Of a stretch of DNA of 64,000 nucleotides, positions 22,119-34,602 are shown in pieces. The stretch comes from an uncultured delta proteobacterium (lineage in GTDB: Bacteria; Desulfobacterota; Desulfobacteria; Desulfobacterales; JAHEIW01). The DNA lies in the NCBI GenBank assembly GCA_963706575.1, contig CAVPNL010000002.1, positions 1-64,000 of the forward strand. The letters are read 5' to 3'. The position numbers and the translations under genes are program-made. Positions within the stretch are counted from its first letter, which is position 1, and each line of letters opens with the position of its first letter. The notes beneath the pieces are model-generated. The model ran no database searches and was not told the origin of the DNA. It saw only the letters and a list, made by a program, of their open reading frames with translations.

Positions 22119-23871
22119 ATGGAAAAGCAACTCGGATTTCAGGACATAAAAAATTTTGTCAGACGTAGAAAAAAAAGCTTTTTTGTTACATTTTTTTTAA
22201 TTTTTATCACTGGTATTGCGGTCGCGGTTGCTTTACCGCCACTTTATCTTTCAGAAGCTACCATACTCATAGAAGAGCAACAAATTCCGGAAAACTATGT
22301 TCAATCTGGAATTTCGTCTTTTGCTGAAGAAAGAGTTGAAATGATAAGCCAGAGGGTTTTAAGTCGACCTAATCTGTTGGAAATTATAAATGAGTTCAAT
22401 TTATTTTCAGATAAAAAAAATAATTACACGACGTCGGAGCTATTAAGCAAGCTAAGAAAAAGCATTGTGCTTGAAACCATAAATGCAGAAATCCAGCATA
22501 AAAAAACTGGCAGACCTGTTGCCACTGCAGTCGCTTTTACGATTTCTTATGAAGATAAGGATCCGGTTGCGGCCCAGAAGGTGACTGAAAAACTGTCTTC
22601 CCTTTTTCTTGCAGAAGAGATACAAAGTAGAGAAAAGAGAACGTCTGATACAACTGCCTTTTTCGAACAAGAACTAGATCAGCTGAAAAAAGAAATCCGT
22701 GATTATGAGAAAAAAATAAGCCAATTTAAAAAAGCGCATATTGGGGAACTACCTGAATTTAATAGTGTCAATCTTCAGGCCATTGGCCGGTTGGAAAGTG
22801 ATCTCAATCGTTTAACTATTCGACTGCGATCACTTGAAGAAAAAAGAATTAACCTGAAAGGTCAAATCGCTAATGTGGAGCCATTAACACCGATTATAAT
22901 CGACGGAGAGAAGATGGCAATGAATCCGCAAGAGCGATTAAAACGGCTTTATCTAGTAATTAATAAGTATGCGATCTACAGTATCAGAAAAGCATCCGGA
23001 TGTTAAAAAGCTGAAACGAGAAATTGAGGAGTTAGAAAATCAAATTGGCAGAACGGATGCAGCTGTGGTTAAAATAAAGAAACTAAATCAAATGATGGTT
23101 CAATTAGCAGAGACCAAAGCTACCCTCGGTCCTAATCACCCTGATGTGATTCTGCTATCAAACCAGGTAAAAACTTTATCAAATGAAGTTGAAGTACTTA
23201 CTACGGAAAAAGCTATGACCTCTTTAAGCAATCAACAACCAGATAATCCTACATATATTTCTCTTTTGACGCAAATCTCTGCTACTGAAAACGAAATTAA
23301 AAGTATTTCACAAGAAAAGGATAATATTCTTCAAGAAATAGCACAATACAGAACAAAAATTGAAAATGCTCCAATTGTAGAAAAAGAATACAGCACTCTC
23401 ACACATGGCTATGATAATGCAAAACGCAAATATGACGAATTACATGACAAATATATGGAAGCAAAAGTTACACAAGACATGGAAATATCTGAACGGGGAG
23501 AACGGTTTACCATGAAATCTCCTGCATTCTTGCCTGATAGACCTTACAAACCAAACAGATTGGCTATTTTTCTTATTGGATGTTTGGTTGCCTTGGGTGC
23601 AGGCCTTGGTATTTCCGCCGCGCGCGAAGGCATTGATAATTCTATTACAACAACCGATCAGATAAAAGAAATTACTGGGGTACCGGTACTAAGCTCTATT
23701 TCTTTTATTGTAACCGATCATGAGAGAAGGCTGAATCGCCTTAAAAAACTTGGGTGGATATTCATCCTGGTCATTGGGGTTGGTATTGGTCTCTATTGTA
23801 TTGAACAATTTGTTATAAATTTAAATGAATTGTGGACTATTATATTGGACAGATTAAAAATGATGGCATAA
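22119..23871 (+). CDS. Polysaccharide co-polymerase (Wzc/GumC), frameshifted
   Basis: N-terminal TM, SEATILIEEQQIP, coiled coils, two HPDV motifs, P.KPNR plus TM. Confidence 0.85.
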
Positions 23872-23920
23872 CCAAAAATTTAAAAAAATCAAATTAATAA
23901 ACTAATCAAAGGTGGGAAAA

Positions 23921-24764
23921 ATGAGTAAGTTAAAAAAAGCTCTTGAAAAAGCGAAAGAAACCAGAGGGCTGGATGGTTTCGGACTTTCCGAAGATAACAG
24001 ACAAGTAAGATTATCCGGTGATATAAAAACAAAAAGGGAAACAGACAGCAGGCCCGAATTAGATATAAGGTATTCAGAAACGAAAATAAAAAAAATTGAT
24101 GACAGCGTTTTAAAAAAAGGGAAGGTTATTTCTCTTTTTCACGATATTGAAAAAGTTGACCAAATCAAAACCCTGCGCACACAAATTTTGAACCATCTTA
24201 AACGAAGTCGGTGGAAACAGCTTACTGATCACCAGCGCCAATCCTTATGAAGGAAAAACTTTACGGCGATTAACCTTGGCGTGAGCTATTGCCCAGGAAT
24301 TGGATCGTACGGTTCTTTTAGTTGATGCGGATTTGCGCAAACATACCCGAGCAACATAAAGATTTCGCCGTTGATTTTTTTGGGACCGATATGACTGAAG
24401 GGCTATCAAACTACTTATTGGGACAAGCGAAATTACGGATTTATTTATTAATCCAGGAATCGATAGACTTGTGCTGCTACCGGCAGGCAGACCACTGCCG
24501 AATTCAGCTGAACTATTAGGATCTCCAAGAATGGTTAGGTTGGTGAATGATATCAAGAGCCGGTATGCAGATGATCGAATCATTATCTTTGATAGTGCAT
24601 CATTATTAACCTGTGCGGATCCTTTGGTTTTAACACGATATGTCGATGGTATCCTTCTTGTTGTTGAAGAAGAAAAAACAACTTCAGATGATCTTCAAAA
24701 GAGCAATGGAATTGTTAAAGGATAAACCTGTTTTCGGCACCGTCTTGAATAAAACCAAGATTAG
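23921..24764 (+). CDS. CpsD/CapB family BY-kinase, multiply frameshifted
   Basis: LRTQI, ITSANPYEGKT (across shift), VLLVDADLR, NSAELLGSPRM, IIIFDS. Confidence 0.8.
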
Positions 24765-24778
24765 AAGCGAATTAAATC

Positions 24779-25922
24779 ATGTACGAATCATTTTACGGTT
24801 TTAAAGAAAAACCCTTTGATCTACATCCGGATCCCGATTACCTCTATATGAGCCGGGTGCATGAAAATACCTATACGCATCTAGAATATGCGATTGTTGA
24901 AAATAAGGGATTTGTGGTTGTCACCGGCGAAATCGGTTCCGGCAAAACCACGCTGATCAACTATCTATTGAATAAAATCGGAGAAGAAATTCAGGTTGGG
25001 CTTGTAAACAATACCAATATCCTTCCAGCTGAATTTTTAAAGATGGTCTGTCAAAGAGTTTGAGCTTGATCCTAAAACCAATGACAAAGCGGAACTGATT
25101 GATATTTTCAGCGGATATTTAATTGACCAGTTTGCTGCTGGAGAGCGTGTGGTGCTCATTATTGATGAAGCGCAAAATTTGACCAATGACACCATGGAAG
25201 AAATTCGAATGCTTTCAAATATCGAGACCGAGAAGCATCATTTGATTCAAATTATCCTCGTCGGCCAACCGGAATTGAAATTTAAACTCCAGCAAAGTAA
25301 CCTGAAACAGTTTGCCCAGCGTGTGACGGTCCATTGCCATCTTAAAGGCCTCGAAAAAGATGAAGTCAGCGAATATATCAACCACCGACTGGAGGTAGGC
25401 GGTGGCAATCGATTTGATATCTTTAAAAAGGAAACCATTGAAAGGATTGCCGAATATTCCAGAGGCATACCTCGACTGATCAATGTGCTTTGCGATTCTG
25501 CTCTGGTGTATGGATTTGCAGACGAACTGCAAACAATTGATACGGATATACTGGAAAATGTGTATGATGAGTTGAAAGCACTGGGGACTTTTACGGATTA
25601 TGATGCGAAGCCTTCAGCGGACCCGCCGGCACCAAAATCGGTTGCCGCAGGCCCATCAGCACCTGACCCCCGCATCGAACTTCTTGAAGGCAAAGTACAA
25701 CTGCTGGATGACAAAATTAATGCGCTTAAAGAAAAACTTGATTTTATATCCGAAAAACGAATTGAGCGTGATGATATCGTAATCGAATTGCTCAAGATGT
25801 TAAGGGATAATCTGGATAGCCGCAACCAATTGGTTGCGAAGCTAAGTCGGGCAGATAATGAACACGCGATGTCCGATGACGAAAATGATACCGATGGTGG
25901 AGAAAGCGGAGAGCTCATCTAA
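24779..25922 (+). CDS. ExeA-like AAA ATPase (PEP-CTERM/exosortase-locus type), frameshifted
   Basis: MYESFYGFKEKPF..PDP, VTGEIGSGKTT, LIIDEAQNL, LVGQPEL, GIPRLIN. Confidence 0.85.
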
Positions 25923-25961
25923 AGTTTCAAGCTTGGAGAAACACAAACAGAAAAAGAGCTA

Positions 25962-26244
25962 ATGAAAATCAAGAACCTCATATTTTTTGCATTAATCAGC
26001 GTCATATTGTCAGGATTAACGACGATCGTGTTTATCTCAGTTTTTGATAAGAGGAGAGACGACCCGAGTTGATTGACCAAAACCAGGTTCAAAATACCTG
26101 AAACGTATCTGCTGCTTCCATTTCAAAGCAACCATCTTATTGCTTCTGGCGGTGGGTGTAATCGGTGTTCTGGGGGTGAGCCGCAAAAAGAAAGGTACTT
26201 GCGCAAGAAATGAGATGAATGGGGCCCTAATCGTCAGCATCTGA
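25962..26244 (+). CDS. Small membrane protein with PEP-CTERM-like tail (frameshifted, not in ORF track)
   Basis: MKIKNLIFFALISVILSGLTTIVFISV, then in a shifted frame ATILLLLAVGVIGVLGVSRKKK. Confidence 0.45.
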
Positions 26245-26382
26245 ATGAATAGACTCAAACTGATTACCAGAAACCTTGGTCACCATCAAATAATCTTCTT
26301 CATCTTGCCATTGCTGATACGCTAATTTTTCGGTTTTATTTCCTGCCTTAAAGCGTCTGTTTCAAACTCCTTTACCCAAAGT

Positions 26383-27702
<1,320 letters not shown>

Positions 27703-27752
27703 TTAGTGTTAATCCTAAGAGCGTGTACGTCCAAATTTAAATTAAAAAATAT

Positions 27753-27783
27753 TCTCTGTGCTCTCTGTGTGCTCTGTGGTAAA
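27753..27783. repeat. CTCTGTG short-unit repeat (half element)
   Basis: ctctgtgctctctgtgtgctctgtggt between tadA and purA. Confidence 0.5.
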
Positions 27784-27786
27784 AAA

Positions 27787-28247
27787 TTATTTGCGCTTTT
27801 GCACGGAAAAAATCTTGCATCAGCTCTTTGCATTCATCTTCGCAAACACCTTCGATGACTTCCGGCTGATGATTGAAGCGCGGATCAGCGGCAAAGTCAT
27901 ACAAGCGAACCAGCTGCTCCCCATTTGGGGTCGCGCGTACCGAATATCACCCGTGAAACCCTGGCATGGATAACAGCTCCCATGCACATCGGACAGGGTT
28001 CGACCGTAACATATAGCATGGTATTTAACAATCTGTAGTTGCCAATTTTCGCTGCGGCTGAGCGCAGCGCCAGAATCTCGGCATGGGCGGTCGGATCGTT
28101 TAAGGTGATGGTCCGGTTGTGTTCTGCTGCGAGTACCTGGTGATTATCCGCAACCAGGACAGCGCCGATGGGAACTTCCCCTTTTTTTCGCGCCTTTTCC
28201 GCTTCAATTAGGGCAATTTTCATCATTTCGATGTGATTAATATCCAT
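27787..28247 (-). CDS. tadA: tRNA adenosine(34) deaminase, frameshifted near 3' end
   Basis: GEVPIGAVLV, DPTAHAE, NYRL, YVTVEPCPMC, DPKWGAAGS; shifted tail ..RFNHQPEV..C..LMQDFF. Confidence 0.93.
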
Positions 28248-28288
28248 ATCGGGCAAAAGTCCATTTTCGGATGGAAACCAATTATGGA

Positions 28289-28317
28289 TTGACATAAAAT
28301 AGCGTATGTCCTATTAA
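28289..28317 (+). promoter_or_regulatory. Putative sigma70 promoter of tRNA-Arg
   Basis: TTGACA-17 nt-TATTAA about 30 nt upstream of the tRNA. Confidence 0.55.
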
Positions 28318-28345
28318 CAAATCCTAATTTTATGACGATTGTGAT

Positions 28346-28423
<78 letters not shown>

Positions 28424-28430
28424 GATAACG

Positions 28431-28462
28431 AACCTTCAGAGAAATTCTCTGGGGGTTTTTTT
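28431..28462 (+). terminator. Rho-independent terminator after tRNA
   Basis: AACCTTCAGAG-AAATT-CTCTGGGGGTT followed by T run. Confidence 0.75.
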
Positions 28463-28692
28463 ATGCCAAAGCCAAACGCTTGATTGATCAGCGATCAGTC
28501 ATCGACAGGCTGTGGATATCATTCAGACGCACCGGGGGTCAAGAAGGGAAAACAAAAAGGCATTTTGTATGAAATTTCATTTAAAAAGGGTCCTTTCCTT
28601 GACGGGAGCGCCTTTTCAATTTATTAAATTTATCCTGTCCCTTCTGGTATTTATGGGAAAACCTAAAAACCTGAACTCAGGATGGAGAAACC

Positions 28693-29250
28693 ATGCGGCA
28701 GGATCGGCTGAAATGGAATGAAAAGTATCAAAGCGAAAATTATCCCGATGAGCCGGCAGCGATTGTCAAACAATATGTCGAGCTGGCCGGCGGCAAAAAC
28801 GCGCTGGATATCGCCGCCGGAAATGGCCGCAACGCACTTTTTCTGGCCAGGCAGGGGTTTGTGGTTGATGCCGTTGATATTTCTGATACGGGCCTGGCTC
28901 AGTTTGCCGGAAAGCACCCCGGTATTCATCCCATCTGCGCCGATCTTGACGATTTTGACATTCCGGCCAACCGCTACGATCTCATTGTTAATATTAAATA
29001 TTTAAATCGGCGATTATTTCCCTATATTCTCGAAGGGCTTGCTCCGGGCGGGGTTCTCATCTTTGAGACATTTCTGGATTCACAGCACCCGGCAATGGAT
29101 CAACCCGGCTGCCGTGACTATCTGTTACGGGAAAATGAGCTTCTGCATGCATTTTTATCATTGCAGATTGTCTGCTATAAAGAGGCAAAAGACGAAAAGC
29201 ATGCAGAAGTTGCGCGGTTGGCATCCCTGGTTGCCATAAAAATTCGTTAA
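28693..29250 (+). CDS. Class I SAM methyltransferase (TehB-like)
   Basis: WNEKY, ALDIAAGNGRNALFLA, VDIS, LAPGG, LLRENELL. Confidence 0.85.
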   Translation: MRQDRLKWNEKYQSENYPDEPAAIVKQYVELAGGKNALDIAAGNGRNALFLARQGFVVDAVDISDTGLAQFAGKHPGIHPICADLDDFDIPANRYDLIVNIKYLNRRLFPYILEGLAPGGVLIFETFLDSQHPAMDQPGCRDYLLRENELLHAFLSLQIVCYKEAKDEKHAEVARLASLVAIKIR

Positions 29251-29429
29251 ACATTGCGGTGTAATTTTTAAAATGCAGCAGCTGTCATTCCTAATGCCAA
29301 AGGATAATTGAACTTAACACAGTATTTATGTTAAGGCTGTGAGGCCTGCATAAAATTCGACCCGCAAGTTTCAAAATGTAAAATGGAAACGGGTTCAAAC
29401 GCTAGGGCGAAACATTAAAGGACGCTGAA

Positions 29430-30855
29430 GTGGAAAAATTTCAAGGATATCATTCCGAATGGAATCTGGGGAGCCCCGGGGGCTGGGATTATCAAAAAAC
29501 CACTCAGATTATCCCCGGGGGTTGGGATTATCAAAAAACAACCCAGATCATCGGCAAGGCTGTCTGGCAGAAGCTTTCCCGTATTCATAAATTTGAACAT
29601 CGATCTGGATTTTGATCATCCGCTGTTTTTTCCGGTAGACGGTTTTGCAGAGATGCTGATCGAGGCTCACCGCGGCCGTGAGGGGCGCAATCCGGGCATC
29701 ATTGCGGTGGTGGCGGAAGAGGAGACATTGGAAGATGTCACCGAAAACCGCAACCTGGCGCAGCGTCTGAGCAACGCAGAGGGGATCACCGGTGCCCTGA
29801 TGGCACCACAGGAACTCGAACTTAAAAAAGGTGCGGTTTGCTGGAAAGGCCGCCCGGTTTCCATCCTGTTCATGGATTTCAACACTGATGTTCTACTGGC
29901 ACTGCATCGCAAACATGATTTAACCCCGGTTTTACAGGCGGTTAAGGAGCACCGGGTGATCAACCCGCGCGGCACCGAACCGTTTAATGTCAAAAGCATG
30001 TTTGAAGTCATCACCGGCACCTGCCCGGATCGTTTTCACAAAGAAATTGTGGCGCGTACCCCATGGACCCGACAGTTTTACGCGCGCAAAACCGACGGGC
30101 CTGACGGCCGCACGATTGATGATCTCATCACCTGGACGCGCCGCAACTGGAAGGCGCTGGTGCTTAAGCCGGAAAGAGGCTATTCCGGACACGGCGTTCG
30201 CGTCGGCGAAGTGAATTCGGATATCGATGAGGCCATCGAGCTGGCGCTGGGTGAAGGCAATTACATCGTGCAGGAAAAAATTCCGCTGGCCTTATGGGCG
30301 GAGGAGGTCCCCCATCTGGCAAACAATACGATCTGTCTTGAACAGGTGCAGACCGATTTTCGCTGTCTGGTGGGTCCTAAAGGCTTGCTGGGATTTGTCG
30401 GTCGCTTTGGCGGAGTGCCGACCAATGTCGGCAGTGGCGGCGGGTTTCAGCCTCTGGCGCTATTGCGTTCCCAAACAAGTGTCAAAGATGCCGTTAATCA
30501 AATCAATGATGCCATCCTGTCCATGAACAGCGGGGATCTGCAGCAAATTATCGAAGAGCAGAATAAAATGGCAACCGAGATGGAATTTACCTATCTTTTA
30601 GGTGCGGTAAAGGTGGCTTTGCGCCCGCGGGTGATTACCCGTGAGCAAATAGCGGCGGTGAAGAATTACGGTCATAAATTATGGGCCGATTGCCTGCTGC
30701 TGGAAAAAATGTGGCGGGCAGGGGAGTTGGATGAAATCGGTCAGAATCGAAAAAGAAGAACTCGACATCGCCCGTCTGCAGCCGTGGCAAGGCTCGGCGG
30801 CCATCATTGCTTCCGATGGATTGTTTAATTTTGGGGCAGCACCTCCTGCATGTAG
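29430..30855 (+). CDS. Permuted ATP-grasp (glutathionylspermidine-synthase-like) amide ligase, frameshifted; 3' end approximate
   Basis: EWNLGSPGG, INPRG..K, TPWTR, LVLKPERGYSGHGV, YIVQE, DFR, GRFGGVPTNVGSGGG; shifted tail LQPWQGSAAIIASDGLF. Confidence 0.7.
29474..29551 (+). repeat. 39 bp in-frame tandem duplication (PGGWDYQKTTQII x2)
   Basis: Two copies differing only at four synonymous third positions. Confidence 0.9.
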
Positions 30856-30863
30856 AGGACATC

Positions 30864-31645
30864 ATGAGCATAAGGGTCGATCCGGATTGGTGGAAGACAT
30901 TATTCGATGAGGTTTATCTGCTCACGGATGCGCGTTCGGTTTGCGACGCCCGGATCACCCGTCGGGAGGTGGATCTGATCTGCAGTTTGCTGCCGATGAA
31001 AGATTCCCACAAAATCCTGGATTTATGCGGCGGCCACGGCCGCCACAGTTTAGAGCTCAGCAGTCGCGGCTTTAGTGCCTGTACCCTCTTTGATTATTCT
31101 CAAACATTAATCGAAATTGCCAGGACAAAAGCCGGCCAGGATGATTTAAAGATTGATTTTATCTGCGGCGATGCCCGCGATATCAATATGCCAGCGGATA
31201 CCTATGACCATGTCATCATTATGGGCAACTCCCTGGGGTATATACAAGAAAAAGAATCCGATTCCCAAATCCTGACGGAAGCATTTCGGGTGTTACACCC
31301 GGGAGGCTGGGTACTGGTGGATGTTGCCGACGGCGAGGCCGTTCATGTCTTCATTTAAACCCAATGCCTGGCATGAAATTGGTGAAGAAATCATTGTCTG
31401 CCGCCAGCGGGAAATTCAGGGGGAGGTGGTTTGCGCCCGTGAAATCGTTTTGAGCAAAACCAATGGGTTAATTCGCGATCAGACCTATTCCATTCGACTT
31501 TATGATGCTGCCGGCTTATCGGTATTGCTGGAAAGTGCCGGATTTACCCGAATCAATGTCCACACTGATTTTTCACCCCACGATACAGACTGACGATTAC
31601 GGGTTTATGAACAATCGATTGATTGTGACCGGCCAAAAAAGATAG
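30864..31645 (+). CDS. Class I SAM methyltransferase, frameshifted
   Basis: DWWKTLF, ILDLCGGHGRH, GDAR, MGNSLGY, LHPGG, IRLY. Confidence 0.85.
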
Positions 31646-31700
31646 ATTATAAGCAATATTGTAAAATAGGGTTATGCAGAAAGCCCGAGTTAGTCTCTTC

Positions 31701-31788
31701 AACCACGAAGGACACGAAGAGGGATTGTTGATTTATTTATTTTATTCTACCTTGCTGACATCGAGATCTTCGTGTTCTTACGTGGTGA
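31701..31788. repeat. Inverted CACGAAG / CTTCGTG short-unit element
   Basis: aaccacgaaggacacgaaga ... tcttcgtgttcttacgtggt between convergent genes. Confidence 0.6.
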
Positions 31789-31845
31789 AATCACTACAGG
31801 GCGCATATTACTGGAACTTTCCGGATAACCACGTTATAATATCCG

Positions 31846-32661
31846 TTATTGATTAAGAAATAACTTTATATCTTTCCAGAACTGATTCCAGTCAGGCGGG
31901 CAATCGTTGTGCCCGGCGCTATAAGCTATCAATGTGCTGTTTTTAGCAGCCTGGTGTAAATTGGCGCCATGAGCATAGGGGATAATGCTGTCATGATGGC
32001 CGTGAATCAGCAGAACCGGTCCCCGGTAGCGTTTAACGGCCTCAAGATTGTTAAACGCGGTCCCGCACCAGAAACTCGGGCACTCCGAATTTTGCAGCCA
32101 TGGAATGAACGCTGGTGAAGGTCGACATGAGAATCAAAGCAGCCGAAGGTCTTTCGAGCGCCAATGCACAGACCGCTCCACCGCCGAGGGATCGGCCGAA
32201 CAGGACAATCCGGGATGGATCGACCTCTTTTCTGGATACCAGGGCGTCATAAGCCGCCACAAAAGCATGCCGAATGCTTTGCTCTGACGGCGTGCCGCTG
32301 GAGCGCCCGTAACCCGGATATTCCACCAGCAGCAAACCGATTCCCATTCGGCTGAAATTTTTAAGGGCCTCCGGCCAGATAGTCGATTAATTCAGCGTTG
32401 CCATGTGCAAAAATGACCGCCGGTGCCGGCAGCGCATCCCGGCCGTGAACCGGAGGCAAAAACCAGGCTTCAGTTTTGCCGTATCTCGGTTTTTAGCCAG
32501 ATTTTTTCCAAACCGGCAATGCTGGCACCCGGGTCTCCTTGCGGAGGTTTCGGAATCTGGCTGCGCGGGAATAAAATGGAGCGTTGCATCAGGAAAAGGA
32601 AAATACAGTAGATGCAATAGAAAACAAGTACCCACGCGATGGTTTTAACGAGCGGATTCAT
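31846..32661 (-). CDS. Alpha/beta hydrolase (ABHD17/YfhR-like), frameshifted
   Basis: N-terminal TM, IFAHGNAE, EYPGYGRSSGTPSE, GRSLGG, LLIHG..D, GHND. Confidence 0.85.
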
Positions 32662-32754
32662 TAAATTATTTTATTGGTTAACCGCTGATGGGATGTCAAG
32701 TCGATAAAAGCGGATGGCGTGAACTTCTTTGCGCCCATAAGAAAGGATTTAGCC

Positions 32755-33998
32755 ATGATTATCCAGAGTATTGCAGGATTATTGGTTTTTGCCGGCATTG
32801 CCTGGTGCATGAGTGAAAACCGCAGACAGGCCAGCCTGAAGATCGCCGTTATTGGAATCATCATTCAGCTGGCGGTTGGGCTCATTCTTTTAAAGCTGCC
32901 GATGTTCAGAGAGTTTTTTCTGTTTTTGAATCGGCTGGTGCTGTCCTTGCAGGCAGCAACCACCGCAGGGAACATCTTTTGTATTTGGCTACCTGGGCGG
33001 GGCAGATTTGCCTTTTAAGGAATCGTTTCCCGGCGCGAGCTTCATTTTAGCATTCAGGGCGCTTCCGCTGGTGCTGCTGATGAGCGCCCTGTCGGCGCTG
33101 CTGTTTTACTGGAAGATTTTACCGGTTGTTGTTAGAGCGTTTTCCTGGGCTCTGCAGAAAACCATGGGGGTAGGGGGGGCCGAAGGACTGGGTGTTTCGG
33201 CCAACATATTTGTCGGAATGGTGGAATCACCGCTTTTTATCCGCCCGTATTTAAAGGAGATGACGCGCAGTGAGATTTTCACCCTGATGACCTGCGGCAT
33301 GGCCACCATTGCCGGAACCGTTATGGTGCTGTATGCAAGTATTTTAAGTGATAAAATTCCGGATGTTATGGGGCATATTCTAACCGCTTCCATTATCAGC
33401 GTGCCGGCTGCGATTACCATTTCTAAAATCATGGTTCCGGAAACCGGGGAGCTGACCAGCGGGAAATTAACCGCACCGGATCAGGCATCAAGTTCGATGG
33501 ATGCCATCACCAAAGGCACCCTTCAGGGGGTTGAATTACTGATTAACATCATCGCCATGCTGGTGGTGCTGGTGGCACTGGTCTATCTTGCGAATTTAAT
33601 TTTGGGACTTTTCCCTGACATTGGCGCAAGGCCCATCACGCTGCAGAGACTGCTGGGGATTATCATGGCGCCGATTGTGTGGCTGATGGGTGTTCCCTGG
33701 CATGAGACCACCACTGCAGGGGCCTTGATGGGGACCAAAACCATTCTGAACGAATTACTGGCCTATATCGATCTGAGTCGTCTGCCCCCGGATGCATTGA
33801 GCTCCCAGAAGCCTGTTGATCATGACGTATGCCATGTGCGGCTTTGCCAATCCGGGCAGCCTCGGGATCATGATCGGTGGTATGGGGACAATGGCACCCG
33901 GTCGCCGCAATGAAATTGTTGCTCTGGGTCTGCGATCCATCATTGCCGGCACCCTGGCCACTTGTATGACCGGTGCAGTTGTCGGAATTATTGGTTGA
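32755..33998 (+). CDS. Concentrative nucleoside transporter (CNT/NupC), frameshifted
   Basis: SENRRQ, SANIFVGMVESPL, GMATIAGTV, GTKTILNE, YAMCGFANPGSLGIMIGG. Confidence 0.92.
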
Positions 33999-34132
33999 CC
34001 ACTTCTCAGATGTCTTACATTCACTAAAGCCTGGATTCCAAGTTGACAGGGACCGGTAAATTCATTACTTTAACGACTTGGAATCATGAAAAATATCCGA
34101 TGCTAATTTCGGAAATAAAGGGAGGAACTCTG

Positions 34133-34339
34133 ATGGCAGACATGCAAGTTTATGAATGTGTCAATTGCGGGAACACCGTCGAGGTCGGCGCGGAAGAATC
34201 AAAATTACCTGAATGTTGTGGCAACGCGATGAAGCCGGTTGAAGATTTAAAAGCCTGCGGATTAAGCACGACTGCGGAGCATTCCCGCTTCGATGATTTT
34301 GATGAACCCTGCGATGATGGCCGATCGGGAAAGATTTAG
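34133..34339 (+). CDS. Desulforedoxin-like protein with acidic Cys/His tail (68 aa)
   Basis: MADMQVYECVNCG-..-ECCGNAM (CxxC-x15-CC) plus C..AEHSR..DEPCDDGR; GGAGG RBS. Confidence 0.75.
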   Translation: MADMQVYECVNCGNTVEVGAEESKLPECCGNAMKPVEDLKACGLSTTAEHSRFDDFDEPCDDGRSGKI

Positions 34340-34398
34340 GCTATCGACCGATTTCAAAGTAAAGCCCAAATTACCCACCGTCATCTTTTCGTGTGCGA

Positions 34399-34440
34399 AG
34401 CTCACCTCAAGGCTGCACAATTGCCTGGGGTGAGTTTTTT
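34399..34440 (+). terminator. Rho-independent terminator
   Basis: AGCTCACCTCAAGGC / GCCTGGGGTGAGTT stem followed by T run. Confidence 0.6.
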
Positions 34441-34500
34441 AATTTCCCGCCATTTATACTGAAAAACGATCACGCATGGATCTTGGGGAAGGTAATTTTA

Positions 34501-34529
34501 TTGACAGAAAAATTAGGCCAAGATAAAAA
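34501..34529 (+). promoter_or_regulatory. Putative sigma70 promoter of the ligase operon
   Basis: TTGACA-17 nt-TAAAAA upstream of the ligase gene. Confidence 0.45.
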
Positions 34530-34602
34530 ACTATTTGAGAAGTTCTTTATGATCTCGATATAATTTTGGTTTTTCACGCCGGCTATTGATGAGGTATTGC
34601 TT

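Noticed and set aside
29474..29551. CRISPR-like repeat
   Set aside because: Two adjacent copies, no spacer, in frame within a CDS, no cas genes.
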